Source of the DNA: Thermoproteota archaeon
Lineage (GTDB): Archaea; Thermoproteota; Thermoprotei_A; Sulfolobales; Ignisphaeraceae
DNA length: 64,000 nt
Reading direction: 5' to 3'
NCBI GenBank assembly: GCA_030550585.1
Contig: JAUQPB010000001.1
Coordinates: forward strand, 288,001-352,000
Position numbers and translations under genes: made by a program. Each line of letters begins with the position of its first letter. Position 1 is the stretch's first letter. The notes beneath the pieces were generated by a model. It was not told where the DNA came from. It did no database searches and worked only from the letters and a program-made list of their open reading frames with translations. Shown piece by piece: positions 21,436 to 29,332 of this stretch.

Positions 21436-22644
21436 TTAGGACTCTCGAGCTAGTTTTTCAACACCTTCTCTCAATCTCTCAATATTGTCTAACAATCTAC
21501 CACTTCTAAACTCTATAACATCCACTACTTTGAACCCTGCTGACTGCAAAATGCTTGCAATCTTCTTTCCTGCTACAGCTCCCCAACCATAGTTAGAGAC
21601 TACAAGGATCTTTTTGTTCTTTGGAGTCTTGGCTATTAAAAGTTCTATCAAATACTTTGCATAGGGAAACACATCTGCATCATATGTCGCTGTGGCTAAT
21701 ATTACTGCTTCTGCATCTAGAAGATCTCCAAGCATATCACTTACGAGATCTCTATGCACATCTATGAACTTATAAATCTTAATTGTATTGAAGAACTTTG
21801 AGGCTTCACCAGCAATAGTGCTGGCCATCTCTTTTATGAAGCCGTACATCGATGTGTACACAATCACAAGCTTTCCTTTAACATTTTTCCTGCTTGACCA
21901 AGCTTTGTATAGTTCAACAATTTTCTGGGAATTTCTCCACAAGGGTCCATGCGCTGGTGCAACAATTTTTGTTCTCTCGATAACCTCTCCAAGTTTCTGT
22001 AGCGCTTTACTAACCCAGTCTATGTAATGACCTATTATGTCTGCAAAATACTTTTGTGCATACCATAGAAATCTTTCCTGTTCCTCTCTTGGCATATCGT
22101 CGAAGAAGATCGAGGATGGTATTCCAAATGATCCGAAAGCATCGCACGTGAATAACACCTCGTTGTTATAGAGGCTAGCTATTGTATCGGGCCAGTGAAG
22201 CCATGGAATATGGTAAAACTTTATTGTGCTACTACCAACCTTCATCTCTGTTTCAGATGCAACTGGATAAAAGTTTACGTCAAAGCCGTAGAAACTCTTT
22301 ATCAAATCCCTTACAAGGGGGTGCCCAACGATCTTCGCTTTACTGCTTAGGTGGGGTATCAACTGCTTTAGCGAGCCGCTATGATCAGGTTCCATATGAT
22401 GTACAATAAGGTATTCGATATCCTTTAAATCAACAAATTTTCTTAGCTCTTCTAAGAACATCTCTCCATAGATATGCTTCCATCCATCAACAAGTATTGT
22501 CGTATCTTGCTCTAGTATTAGATAGGCATTGTATGTAACCCCCTCTGGTATCTCCCACAAAGATTCGAAATACCGTGTCTCATCATCTTGAAGCTGAAGC
22601 AAAACAATATTGTCCTTAATCTTATTGCTGTAGGTTCTAACCAT
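21436..22644 (-). CDS. fprA: Flavodiiron protein (class A)
   Basis: HMEPDH, LHWPD, CDAFG and PAHG diiron ligands; flavodoxin SMYG and YGWG motifs. Confidence 0.93.
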   Translation of the reverse strand: MVRTYSNKIKDNIVLLQLQDDETRYFESLWEIPEGVTYNAYLILEQDTTILVDGWKHIYGEMFLEELRKFVDLKDIEYLIVHHMEPDHSGSLKQLIPHLSSKAKIVGHPLVRDLIKSFYGFDVNFYPVASETEMKVGSSTIKFYHIPWLHWPDTIASLYNNEVLFTCDAFGSFGIPSSIFFDDMPREEQERFLWYAQKYFADIIGHYIDWVSKALQKLGEVIERTKIVAPAHGPLWRNSQKIVELYKAWSSRKNVKGKLVIVYTSMYGFIKEMASTIAGEASKFFNTIKIYKFIDVHRDLVSDMLGDLLDAEAVILATATYDADVFPYAKYLIELLIAKTPKNKKILVVSNYGWGAVAGKKIASILQSAGFKVVDVIEFRSGRLLDNIERLREGVEKLARES

Positions 22645-22685
22645 AGTTCAACCCCAGCATCTATTCAATTTATAGATGCCAACGA

Positions 22686-22706
22686 TTAAGTGTTTAACGC
22701 ACTTAA
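22686..22706. promoter_or_regulatory. Palindromic operator candidate upstream of fprA
   Basis: TTAAGTG-N7-CACTTAA perfect 7-bp inverted repeat in the fprA/CDF divergent intergenic region. Confidence 0.5.
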
Positions 22707-22845
22707 AAGTTTATCAATTGACACCATACATGTTCAAAAACTGACAGATTTAGAGTGTATATCAAGCTTATAATCCAAATCCATACTGTATACTTTAAAA
22801 TACTTACTATACTTTGGATATACCTTGGAGGTGGCACTCTAAGAA

Positions 22846-23736
22846 ATGTATCATGTATATGCATCGTTCATTATCAATATTGTAACTTTGATCTTAAAAA
22901 TATTTGGCTTTATTGGAACGAACTCAGCCTCGCTCATAGCTGATATAATAAATGATTGTGGCGATACAATTGGGTTGGGACTGATAATTTTTGGTGTGAT
23001 GCTTGCAAATAGAAAGCGAAGCACAATTGCGTATCCTTTTGGGATGAGTAGAGCGCTCTATGTCATAGGCTTAATATCTACATCAATTATAGGCGGTTTT
23101 CTATTTGCAACATCATTTATAAACTCTATCTACGCTTTCACAACCCATAGAACAATAAACTCTAGCCTCAGATCAGTAACACTTGTTTTAATTGCCCTGA
23201 TACTAAACAGTCTTAATATCATATTCATATCTAGAACTAAGAAAAGCTTCGATATTGCAACAACAGTTACCCTTCTGGATGGTTTTGCCGATGTAGGTGG
23301 TAATGTAATAGCGTTTATATCCATCGCCATAGCAAATCCTGTTATTGATTCGATTGGAAGCTTTGTCATAACCATAATAGTCTTGATATCGTCTATAGCG
23401 GCTAGCTACAAATACTACTTGATGTTAATAGGTAGAGCGCCGCCCAAAGAAGAGATGCTGAAAATGGTTAATGCAACTTTATCTGTTTCTGGCGTATTGG
23501 ATGTCAATGAATTGAGGGCTGTTATGCTAACAGAGGATGAGTATCTAGTTATTCTCGAAGTTGAGGTAGAGGAAGAGATCAAAATAAAAGATACGGAGAC
23601 CTTCAGTAAACAAATAGAGACGGAAATTCGAAGAGCTGTTCCAAAAGCAAAGCATATAGTCATAGAATTTGTGCCCAAAAGAAAAGAGCCTCCAACATAC
23701 AAAAAGATATTAGAAGAAATAAAAGGCTTGAGATAG
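22846..23736 (+). CDS. Cation diffusion facilitator (CDF) transporter
   Basis: SASLIAD, YPFG and DSIGS motifs, about 6 TM segments, cytoplasmic C-terminal domain. Confidence 0.88.
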   Translation: MYHVYASFIINIVTLILKIFGFIGTNSASLIADIINDCGDTIGLGLIIFGVMLANRKRSTIAYPFGMSRALYVIGLISTSIIGGFLFATSFINSIYAFTTHRTINSSLRSVTLVLIALILNSLNIIFISRTKKSFDIATTVTLLDGFADVGGNVIAFISIAIANPVIDSIGSFVITIIVLISSIAASYKYYLMLIGRAPPKEEMLKMVNATLSVSGVLDVNELRAVMLTEDEYLVILEVEVEEEIKIKDTETFSKQIETEIRRAVPKAKHIVIEFVPKRKEPPTYKKILEEIKGLR

Positions 23737-24048
23737 TGCTATAAATCTAGACAGAGTCCTTTATTCCACATAGAAGATTGGATATGCCATGGCTATGACA
23801 ACAGCAATTAAATGTAGATAAATAGAAAACAACTCAAACAGTTCCCATCTTATAACATCATCTAGCTACACTATAGAAAACATCTTTGCGGCATCCTCCA
23901 CACTTGCACCCTTGTGTATAATCTCTCTAAGCGCCTTAACCAACCTCTCAGGATCTTTTGACTTAAAGATTTTTCTACCAAAAGCGATTCCAGACAGCCC
24001 AGCTTCCACAGCTATTTTCGCCAACTTTAAAACGTCAATTGGAGATGC

Positions 24049-24200
24049 GGGTTCACCTCTTTATATGTTTGTATATGTTTTTATATAAGTGGTCATCGGC
24101 TCATCTCTGTTTGGGGTGGTCTGTCGGGTTTCATCCTTCATCCCACCCCCGTTGGGGGAAGACCCAGCGCTTCCCCACATCCCCCGTAGGTAGATGTTTA
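24049..24200 (-). ncRNA. Putative TnpB omega RNA (reRNA) scaffold
   Basis: GC-rich hairpins overlapping the tnpB 3' end (24155-61/24170-76 and 24113-19/24143-49), next to the right end; boundaries approximate. Confidence 0.65.
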
Positions 24201-25290
24201 TTGCTCCAACAAAATCTCTGTCTCTTTTGAATCCGCATTTCCTGCAGATTGCTAACCTATGTATGTAGTTTAACTTTGTGCCGCACCTTGGGCATGTAGA
24301 TGAGGTGTTCCTAGGGTCTACCACAATTACTGGGACGTTGTACTCAATTGCTTTTGACATAACTGCATGCTGAAGTCTTCTATAAGCAAATAGCGTTAGC
24401 TTCCACCTAACACCACTGCTTTTGCCATTAATAGAGTTCCTCAAGTGCTCTAAATCCTCTAGTACAACTGCGTGTCCTCTTCTATATGCTTTAACTACAA
24501 CCTCCTTTGCAAGCTTCCAGCAGAAATCGTTGATGATGTTCCTAGCTTTTCTATGAAGAGCTCTAACCCTGTTTAGAATCCTATCGTTGTATCTCCACCT
24601 CTTAGAATATCTCTTCTGAATCTCTTCAGCTCTAGCCCTCTTGCTCAATGCCTCGACAAATCTTGTTCTATACCTTCTAGCTTCAGAGCCATCAAATGTT
24701 GTAACAGTTCTCAGATTCACATCAACTGCTGTTAAACCTCTTGGAACATATGGATTATACTTAACCTCGAATACTATGCTGACAAATAGCTTTTTGTTTT
24801 CATACTTTACATGAACCTCCTTCCACTTTAAATTCCTGAACCTCTCGATGTACTCTCTCCTGTGCTTCAGCCTCAGTGCATACTGCTTGTTTCTCAAAAC
24901 AACTTTGACAACTCCTTTGTCTAGCTCAACTCTTGCATCCTGGTAGTCTAGCCTAGCAGATAGTTTTCTGACACTTGGCTTGTCGCCATTGCTGTTTTTA
25001 GCGGCTTTAACCAAGGCTAGCGCATAGCTGTATATGTTTCTAGCCACATGCGCTCTAAAACCATGTTCTCTAAGCATTTGGTAAAACAATTGATGCAACT
25101 GGCTTTTCTTTGGAAGCCCATCAAAATCCCATAGAGCGTCTACAACCTTTTGCAGAGCATACCTATATATCGTTAAATCCCGCAGCAAGTCGCTAGCATT
25201 CCCTTCGACAACCTCAGCCTCTGCCTTAAAAGCTTTGTAGTATGTACCCTCAGGCATCCACCTACCGATTAGGCGGATAGACGCCTTCAT
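24061..25290 (-). CDS. tnpB: RNA-guided endonuclease TnpB
   Basis: RuvC-I AVDVN, RuvC-II VLEDL, Zn finger CPRCG/CRKCG, RuvC-III DRDFVGAINI; catalytic D/E/D intact. Confidence 0.95.
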   Translation of the reverse strand: MKASIRLIGRWMPEGTYYKAFKAEAEVVEGNASDLLRDLTIYRYALQKVVDALWDFDGLPKKSQLHQLFYQMLREHGFRAHVARNIYSYALALVKAAKNSNGDKPSVRKLSARLDYQDARVELDKGVVKVVLRNKQYALRLKHRREYIERFRNLKWKEVHVKYENKKLFVSIVFEVKYNPYVPRGLTAVDVNLRTVTTFDGSEARRYRTRFVEALSKRARAEEIQKRYSKRWRYNDRILNRVRALHRKARNIINDFCWKLAKEVVVKAYRRGHAVVLEDLEHLRNSINGKSSGVRWKLTLFAYRRLQHAVMSKAIEYNVPVIVVDPRNTSSTCPRCGTKLNYIHRLAICRKCGFKRDRDFVGAINIYLRGMWGSAGSSPNGGGMKDETRQTTPNRDEPMTTYIKTYTNI

Positions 25291-25295
25291 CGGTA

Positions 25296-25361
25296 CTCAC
25301 AACATTAGTTATTCAGAGTGCAAATTTATAAGCTTTTACACTCTACAGTTTATGTGGTGAG
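25296..25361. promoter_or_regulatory. Symmetric bidirectional promoter with nested inverted repeats
   Basis: Central TTTATAA (25325-31) flanked by AGAGTGCAAA/TTTACACTCT and CTCACAACAT/ATGTGGTGAG, each a 9/10 inverted match. Confidence 0.65.
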
Positions 25362-25365
25362 AGCT

Positions 25366-25509
25366 ATGGTCTCGATATACGTATTTGAGGCAAAAATTGT
25401 AAAGACCATGAGGAAATACCTGATATACCCACCAAAAGAATACCAAGAAAAGCTAAAGAAGCTACACGGAAAGAAAGTCAAGGTAGTGGTAATAGAAGAA
25501 AGCGATTAA
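25366..25509 (+). CDS. Small basic AbrB/DUF2080-like protein (47 aa) inside the TnpB element
   Basis: ATG at 25366 preceded by GGTGA; MVSIYVFEAKIVKTMRKYLIYPPKEYQEKLKKLHGKKVKVVVIEESD fits a swapped-hairpin pattern. Confidence 0.65.
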   Translation: MVSIYVFEAKIVKTMRKYLIYPPKEYQEKLKKLHGKKVKVVVIEESD

Positions 25510-26295
25510 AAACAATCAGATGGGAACATAAGCTAAGCCACGAAGAGCATATGCTTTTATATGCAGTCATATAAATTTTGCTACGGCTTCTCCTCCGGCT
25601 AAGACTATTGGTGTATTTGCTGATACTTTAACTACCTCCATCATAAACTTCGGGTCTGGAGGCAGATACGCTTTAACTATATCAGCACCAAGTTCTATAG
25701 CAATTCTCATAGCCCTTAGCACACCCTCTGGATCATCGAAACTCTTGAACCTATCTAAAGATGGGAATACCTCTACTGCACATGGAATTCCAAATCTGTC
25801 AGCTGAATCGCAAACCCTGCTCACCACCTCAATACTTGTTGACTCATATTTTCCACCAACATATAAGGATGCTATAACAGCATCGGCGCCCAGAGAAACA
25901 GCTGTTTCAACACTATAGGTATGTGCTTCAATTAACCCCCTATCCCTATTAAATAGTGAAAGAGCTGTGACCCTAGCCATAATCCCTACCCTGCCAGCAA
26001 TTTCTTTATAGACCTTTTTAATAATACCTGGTTGAAGAATGAGTGCATCAGCACCCCCTCTAACAACTGTTTTCACAATGCTAAGAATATCCTCGAGTCC
26101 CTCAACTATTCCATAGCCTCCATGGTCAAGCGCCACTATAAGAGCTTTTTCTGTATCGGGATTCAGTATCCTATACAACCTTACATATTTGCCTATGTGC
26201 ATGTCTGAGAGCCCTCTAGCATGTTACAAAAGATCAAAAGTAGTTTAGATCCAAGATGTAGGTATGCCAGCAACAGAATATATAAATTGGTGGTT

Positions 26296-26372
26296 TGGCG
26301 CCGCGGCCGGGATTTGAACCCGGGTCACGGGCTCGACAGGCCCGCATACTAGCCGGGCTATACTACCGCGGC
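26296..26372 (-). tRNA. tRNA-Asp(GTC), CCA encoded
   Basis: GCCGCGG acceptor stem, anticodon loop CT-GTC-GA, GTTCAAATC T-loop, ends GCCA; TATA-like element at 26400-06. Confidence 0.97.
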
Positions 26373-26454
26373 ACTAATCCTTGTTGTTATCGTTTTAGGC
26401 TTAAAAGTTTTTATTGAAAAGATTTTGAATTAAAGCAATCTTTGGTTAAGATCC

Positions 26455-27450
26455 ATGAGCGTTATTGTAGTTTCTGACTGGGACGCCGATGGAATTGTAT
26501 CTGCAGCTGAAATAGTTTATTCCCAGGAAACAGCTGGTCTCTATCCTATCAAGACCAAGACTAAAGTATATACATATCCGTCAACACCAAAAACAATTCT
26601 TTCTCTCCTAGAGAGTATAGATAGCTTTAAATCTCAAAACAAAAACTATGTGGTTATTCTTGATATAGCCTTTAACGCAAATGTTGATAAGTTCTTAGCA
26701 CATTTAAAGAACTTGGATAGCTATATTGTTTATGTGGATCACCACCTATCTACACACATTCACTATAAAGATATTGAGAAAAAGGTTAACGAACTTATTG
26801 TTGGAAAATCACCGGTAGCACTACTTGTCTACACATTTCTGAGATCTCTTGGGATCAGGCTTACGCCAAGAATAGAAAGTTTTGTCAATGTCGTTTCCGC
26901 TATTGAGGGCGGTAAAAAATATGGGAACGAGAAGTTAATTAAAATGCTTGTAGACATAACAAAGTATATATCGGCCACCAAAAACAAGGAGTTGTGGGAA
27001 AAGTTTGTTAGATGGATTAGTTCGCCTCTACCCCATGTAGCAATACCGTTTCAGGTAAATGATTACATAAATGCTTATATAGATAAAAGTAAGCCTCTAT
27101 GCAATGAGAAGGAAATAGCTGAAGAACTTGCTATAAGCTCCACTAGGGTGTTTAACTATAGAGTTGCAAGAATAAAGTCTCTACCAAAACAATGTAGATT
27201 CTCTGCTATAGTATCATCATTATACCGGCTATTGAAAAGCCCAACTATTGTTTATAATGAGGAGAAAAAGCTGGTGGCAATAAAGACTAGAGACGATAAA
27301 GCATTTACAATATCGATGAGCTTGTACAAACAGGGTTATGCCGAAGATGTTACAGGACATGAAAGACTGGCAATAGCCAAGCTGAAAAATGATATTGACT
27401 ATAATACCCTCTTAGCAGCTCTCAGAAGGATCCTAATAGAAGTTGGATAG
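26455..27450 (+). CDS. DHH-family phosphoesterase
   Basis: DWDADG, LD and DHH motifs; degenerate DHHA1 (TGHE). Confidence 0.75.
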   Translation: MSVIVVSDWDADGIVSAAEIVYSQETAGLYPIKTKTKVYTYPSTPKTILSLLESIDSFKSQNKNYVVILDIAFNANVDKFLAHLKNLDSYIVYVDHHLSTHIHYKDIEKKVNELIVGKSPVALLVYTFLRSLGIRLTPRIESFVNVVSAIEGGKKYGNEKLIKMLVDITKYISATKNKELWEKFVRWISSPLPHVAIPFQVNDYINAYIDKSKPLCNEKEIAEELAISSTRVFNYRVARIKSLPKQCRFSAIVSSLYRLLKSPTIVYNEEKKLVAIKTRDDKAFTISMSLYKQGYAEDVTGHERLAIAKLKNDIDYNTLLAALRRILIEVG

Positions 27451-27456
27451 TCTTAA

Positions 27457-27569
27457 TGGGCCCGCCGGGATTCGAACCCGGGACCACGGGGATCTCCGCC
27501 TAGAGGTCCCGAGTCGGGCACGGATAATTCCGTGTACCCCGCATCCTAGCCAAGCTAGACTACGGGCCC
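27457..27569 (-). tRNA. tRNA-Pro(CGG) with two introns (32/33: 27513-27535; 37/38: 27493-27507)
   Basis: Cloverleaf with a 45-nt insert between CGGGG and CCCCG; removing 23+15 nt at BHB-like motifs gives the loop TT-CGG-GT. Confidence 0.9.
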
Positions 27570-27746
27570 AACCAAACTATTCGAGATATAGCAATAAAAG
27601 TGTTTTTCACCATAAACACATTGCTACTATTTTATGGTGCCTCTTTGTGTACACCTTTTAGCATTGACAATTCAAATAATTTATTCATTAAAATATAAAA
27701 TTGTTTTAACCCTATTAGCTATCTGACTAGAGATTGGGTGAGATAA

Positions 27747-28154
27747 TTGGCTAAGAGGAGAAGCAAGTGGCGTAGAACAACTGCAATTATGAAAAAGCTG
27801 ATGCAAGAGGCTAGAAGAACTAGGGCTTATCAGAGTCTCCAGCAGTGTCCTGTGTGTGGAGATCCACATGGCCTCTCAATAGAGATAAAACAAGATAAAA
27901 ACAGTGGAAGGAAAAGTGCCTATGTGAGGTGTTCGTCATGCAAATTCGAGTACCACTTTGACACAATACCATCTATAGCAGACGAATTCTGGGTTTATTC
28001 AAAGCTGCTAGACATGGTCTACTCAGGAACTATCAAACCTATCCAGCCCAAGCCAGCTGAAGTTGCTGAATCCTCTGAACCTGCTGAGGAGCTTCACGTA
28101 GAGACCGAGGAAAATGAGGAGTTATCAAATATCGAGGTAGTTGAAGAAGAGTAA
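27747..28154 (+). CDS. elf1: Transcription elongation factor Elf1 homolog
   Basis: Basic N-terminus, CPVC...CSSC Zn ribbon, WVYSKLLD helix, acidic tail. Confidence 0.8.
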   Translation: MAKRRSKWRRTTAIMKKLMQEARRTRAYQSLQQCPVCGDPHGLSIEIKQDKNSGRKSAYVRCSSCKFEYHFDTIPSIADEFWVYSKLLDMVYSGTIKPIQPKPAEVAESSEPAEELHVETEENEELSNIEVVEEE

Positions 28155-29212
28155 AATGTTAACAGTTCTAGGTAGTTCGTCCCAAACAAAGAATCGAATA
28201 CATTTAAAGCAACCTTTACTGCTGACCATACATTTATTTTGTGAAGAGCACTAACCTCAACCACACTACTATATCCCATGTTCTCTACAATTTTTCTACG
28301 ACTTTCCAACAAATTCTTATCAACCTTATCGATTTTGTTGAATACGATAATTATTCTATCCCTCCCAACCAAACTTTCAACAGTTGTCAAGACCGTTAAT
28401 TGTTGTTCGAAGGTGTAATAAGAGTCTGGAGAGGGATCCATAAAGTATAGCACAACAGATTTTAGATTCCTTAACGCTGCAACAGCTCTCTTCTCAATTT
28501 CATTCATCTCATCAAGGGGTCTATCCAAAATGCCTGGCGTGTCCATGATTTGTATAACCAGCTCTCCAAGCTTTATATGACCCATTATAACGTTTTTAGT
28601 TGTGAAGGGATATGGCGATGTAAGCGGCTTTGCCGTTGAGACTGCCTTGACGAATGTTGACTTGCCAACTTGTGGCATACCAGCAACTATTATTAGAGGT
28701 TTGCTGAAGTCTATACAGGGGGTGTTTTTAGCGACATAAGATATGTCTTTCGTTATGCTAACCAGTTTGAGTTTTCTCTTTATGATGGAGACAACCCTGC
28801 CGACAAATTCTTGTGATATTTTCTTTGCGTCTGAACCGCTATTCAAAATCTTTTCACGGTAGCTTTTCCACATGCTAGATATTATTTTTACTGTGAGCGA
28901 GGCTTGTTTTCTCAGCTCATCGTAGTTTCCTTGTGTAGCTATATCAATTAACTCGGCATAGAAAGGCTCGAGGCTCTCCTTTGGTGGTAGCCTAGCTATT
29001 TTGCCAACTGTTGTTGCAACATATTGAAAAACTTTTTCGGACTTTAGCATGTATCGAAATGCTCTTCTCTTTTCCGGAGGCTTCATTGCTATAGATCTTG
29101 GTATGTTGACATCCTCTACATAGATCTCTAGAATCCTCTTTCTAATAGAATCAAGCGTCTGTGGCTCGATGTTTATATAGTCTGATAAACACTTTACAGC
29201 TTCTTCCTCCAT
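28094..29212 (-). CDS. NOG1-family GTPase
   Basis: GMPQVGKS, YPFTT, DTPGILDRP..EMNEIE and NKID motifs. Confidence 0.92.
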   Translation of the reverse strand: MEEEAVKCLSDYINIEPQTLDSIRKRILEIYVEDVNIPRSIAMKPPEKRRAFRYMLKSEKVFQYVATTVGKIARLPPKESLEPFYAELIDIATQGNYDELRKQASLTVKIISSMWKSYREKILNSGSDAKKISQEFVGRVVSIIKRKLKLVSITKDISYVAKNTPCIDFSKPLIIVAGMPQVGKSTFVKAVSTAKPLTSPYPFTTKNVIMGHIKLGELVIQIMDTPGILDRPLDEMNEIEKRAVAALRNLKSVVLYFMDPSPDSYYTFEQQLTVLTTVESLVGRDRIIIVFNKIDKVDKNLLESRRKIVENMGYSSVVEVSALHKINVWSAVKVALNVFDSLFGTNYLELLTFYSSSTTSIFDNSSFSSVST

Positions 29213-29228
29213 CTCTTCTTAGCACCAT

Positions 29229-29284
29229 GATCAGAGGTGGTGGTCATGTCACTAGATCCTCTCCGCGGAGCTCTCTCATCATCT
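29229..29284 (-). ncRNA. C/D-box guide sRNA (candidate)
   Basis: C ATGATGA (29282-76) and D CTGA (29234-31) with GC-rich guides GAGAGCTCCG and TGACCACCACCT; internal boxes degenerate. Confidence 0.65.
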
Positions 29285-29332
29285 ACTTCTTTTCTATATA
29301 GATTATTATACTTAGGTTAAAGCTAAATTAGT

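Larger units (their letters stand above)
24049..25586 (-). mobile_element. Non-autonomous IS607-like TnpB element (no tnpA)
   Basis: Splits the aldolase gene; short junction repeats (TGC 24046-48/25579-81, or CGG 24048-50/25584-86); ~10-bp-period CATATAAA-like repeats at both ends; encodes TnpB. Confidence 0.85.
23866..26202 (-). pseudogene. Class I (DhnA-type) aldolase interrupted by a TnpB element
   Basis: N-part 26202-~25585 (ALDHG, ELGADIVK, LAGGEA); C-part ~24048-23866 translated manually as ASPIDVLKLAKIAVEAGLSGIAFGRKIFKSKDPERLVKALREIIHKGASVEDAAKMFSIV*; removing the insert restores a ~266-267 aa ORF. Confidence 0.9.

Noticed and set aside
25318-25365. Longer 63-aa version of the small ORF
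   Set aside because: Its GTG start lies inside the promoter palindrome upstream of the TATA box; the ATG at 25366 has an RBS-like motif
24040-25595. TnpB element as a BHB-spliced mRNA intron (archaeal IStron analogue): the exon flanks pair (GGAGAAGC/GCATCTCC) and the element ends pair (TTTATATG/CATATAAA)
   Set aside because: The 10- and 11-nt segments between these helices do not form the 4-bp central helix with two 3-nt bulges. Only RT-PCR showing a spliced aldolase mRNA would revive the idea.
27443-27661. 72-aa ORF
   Set aside because: Antisense shadow of tRNA-Pro
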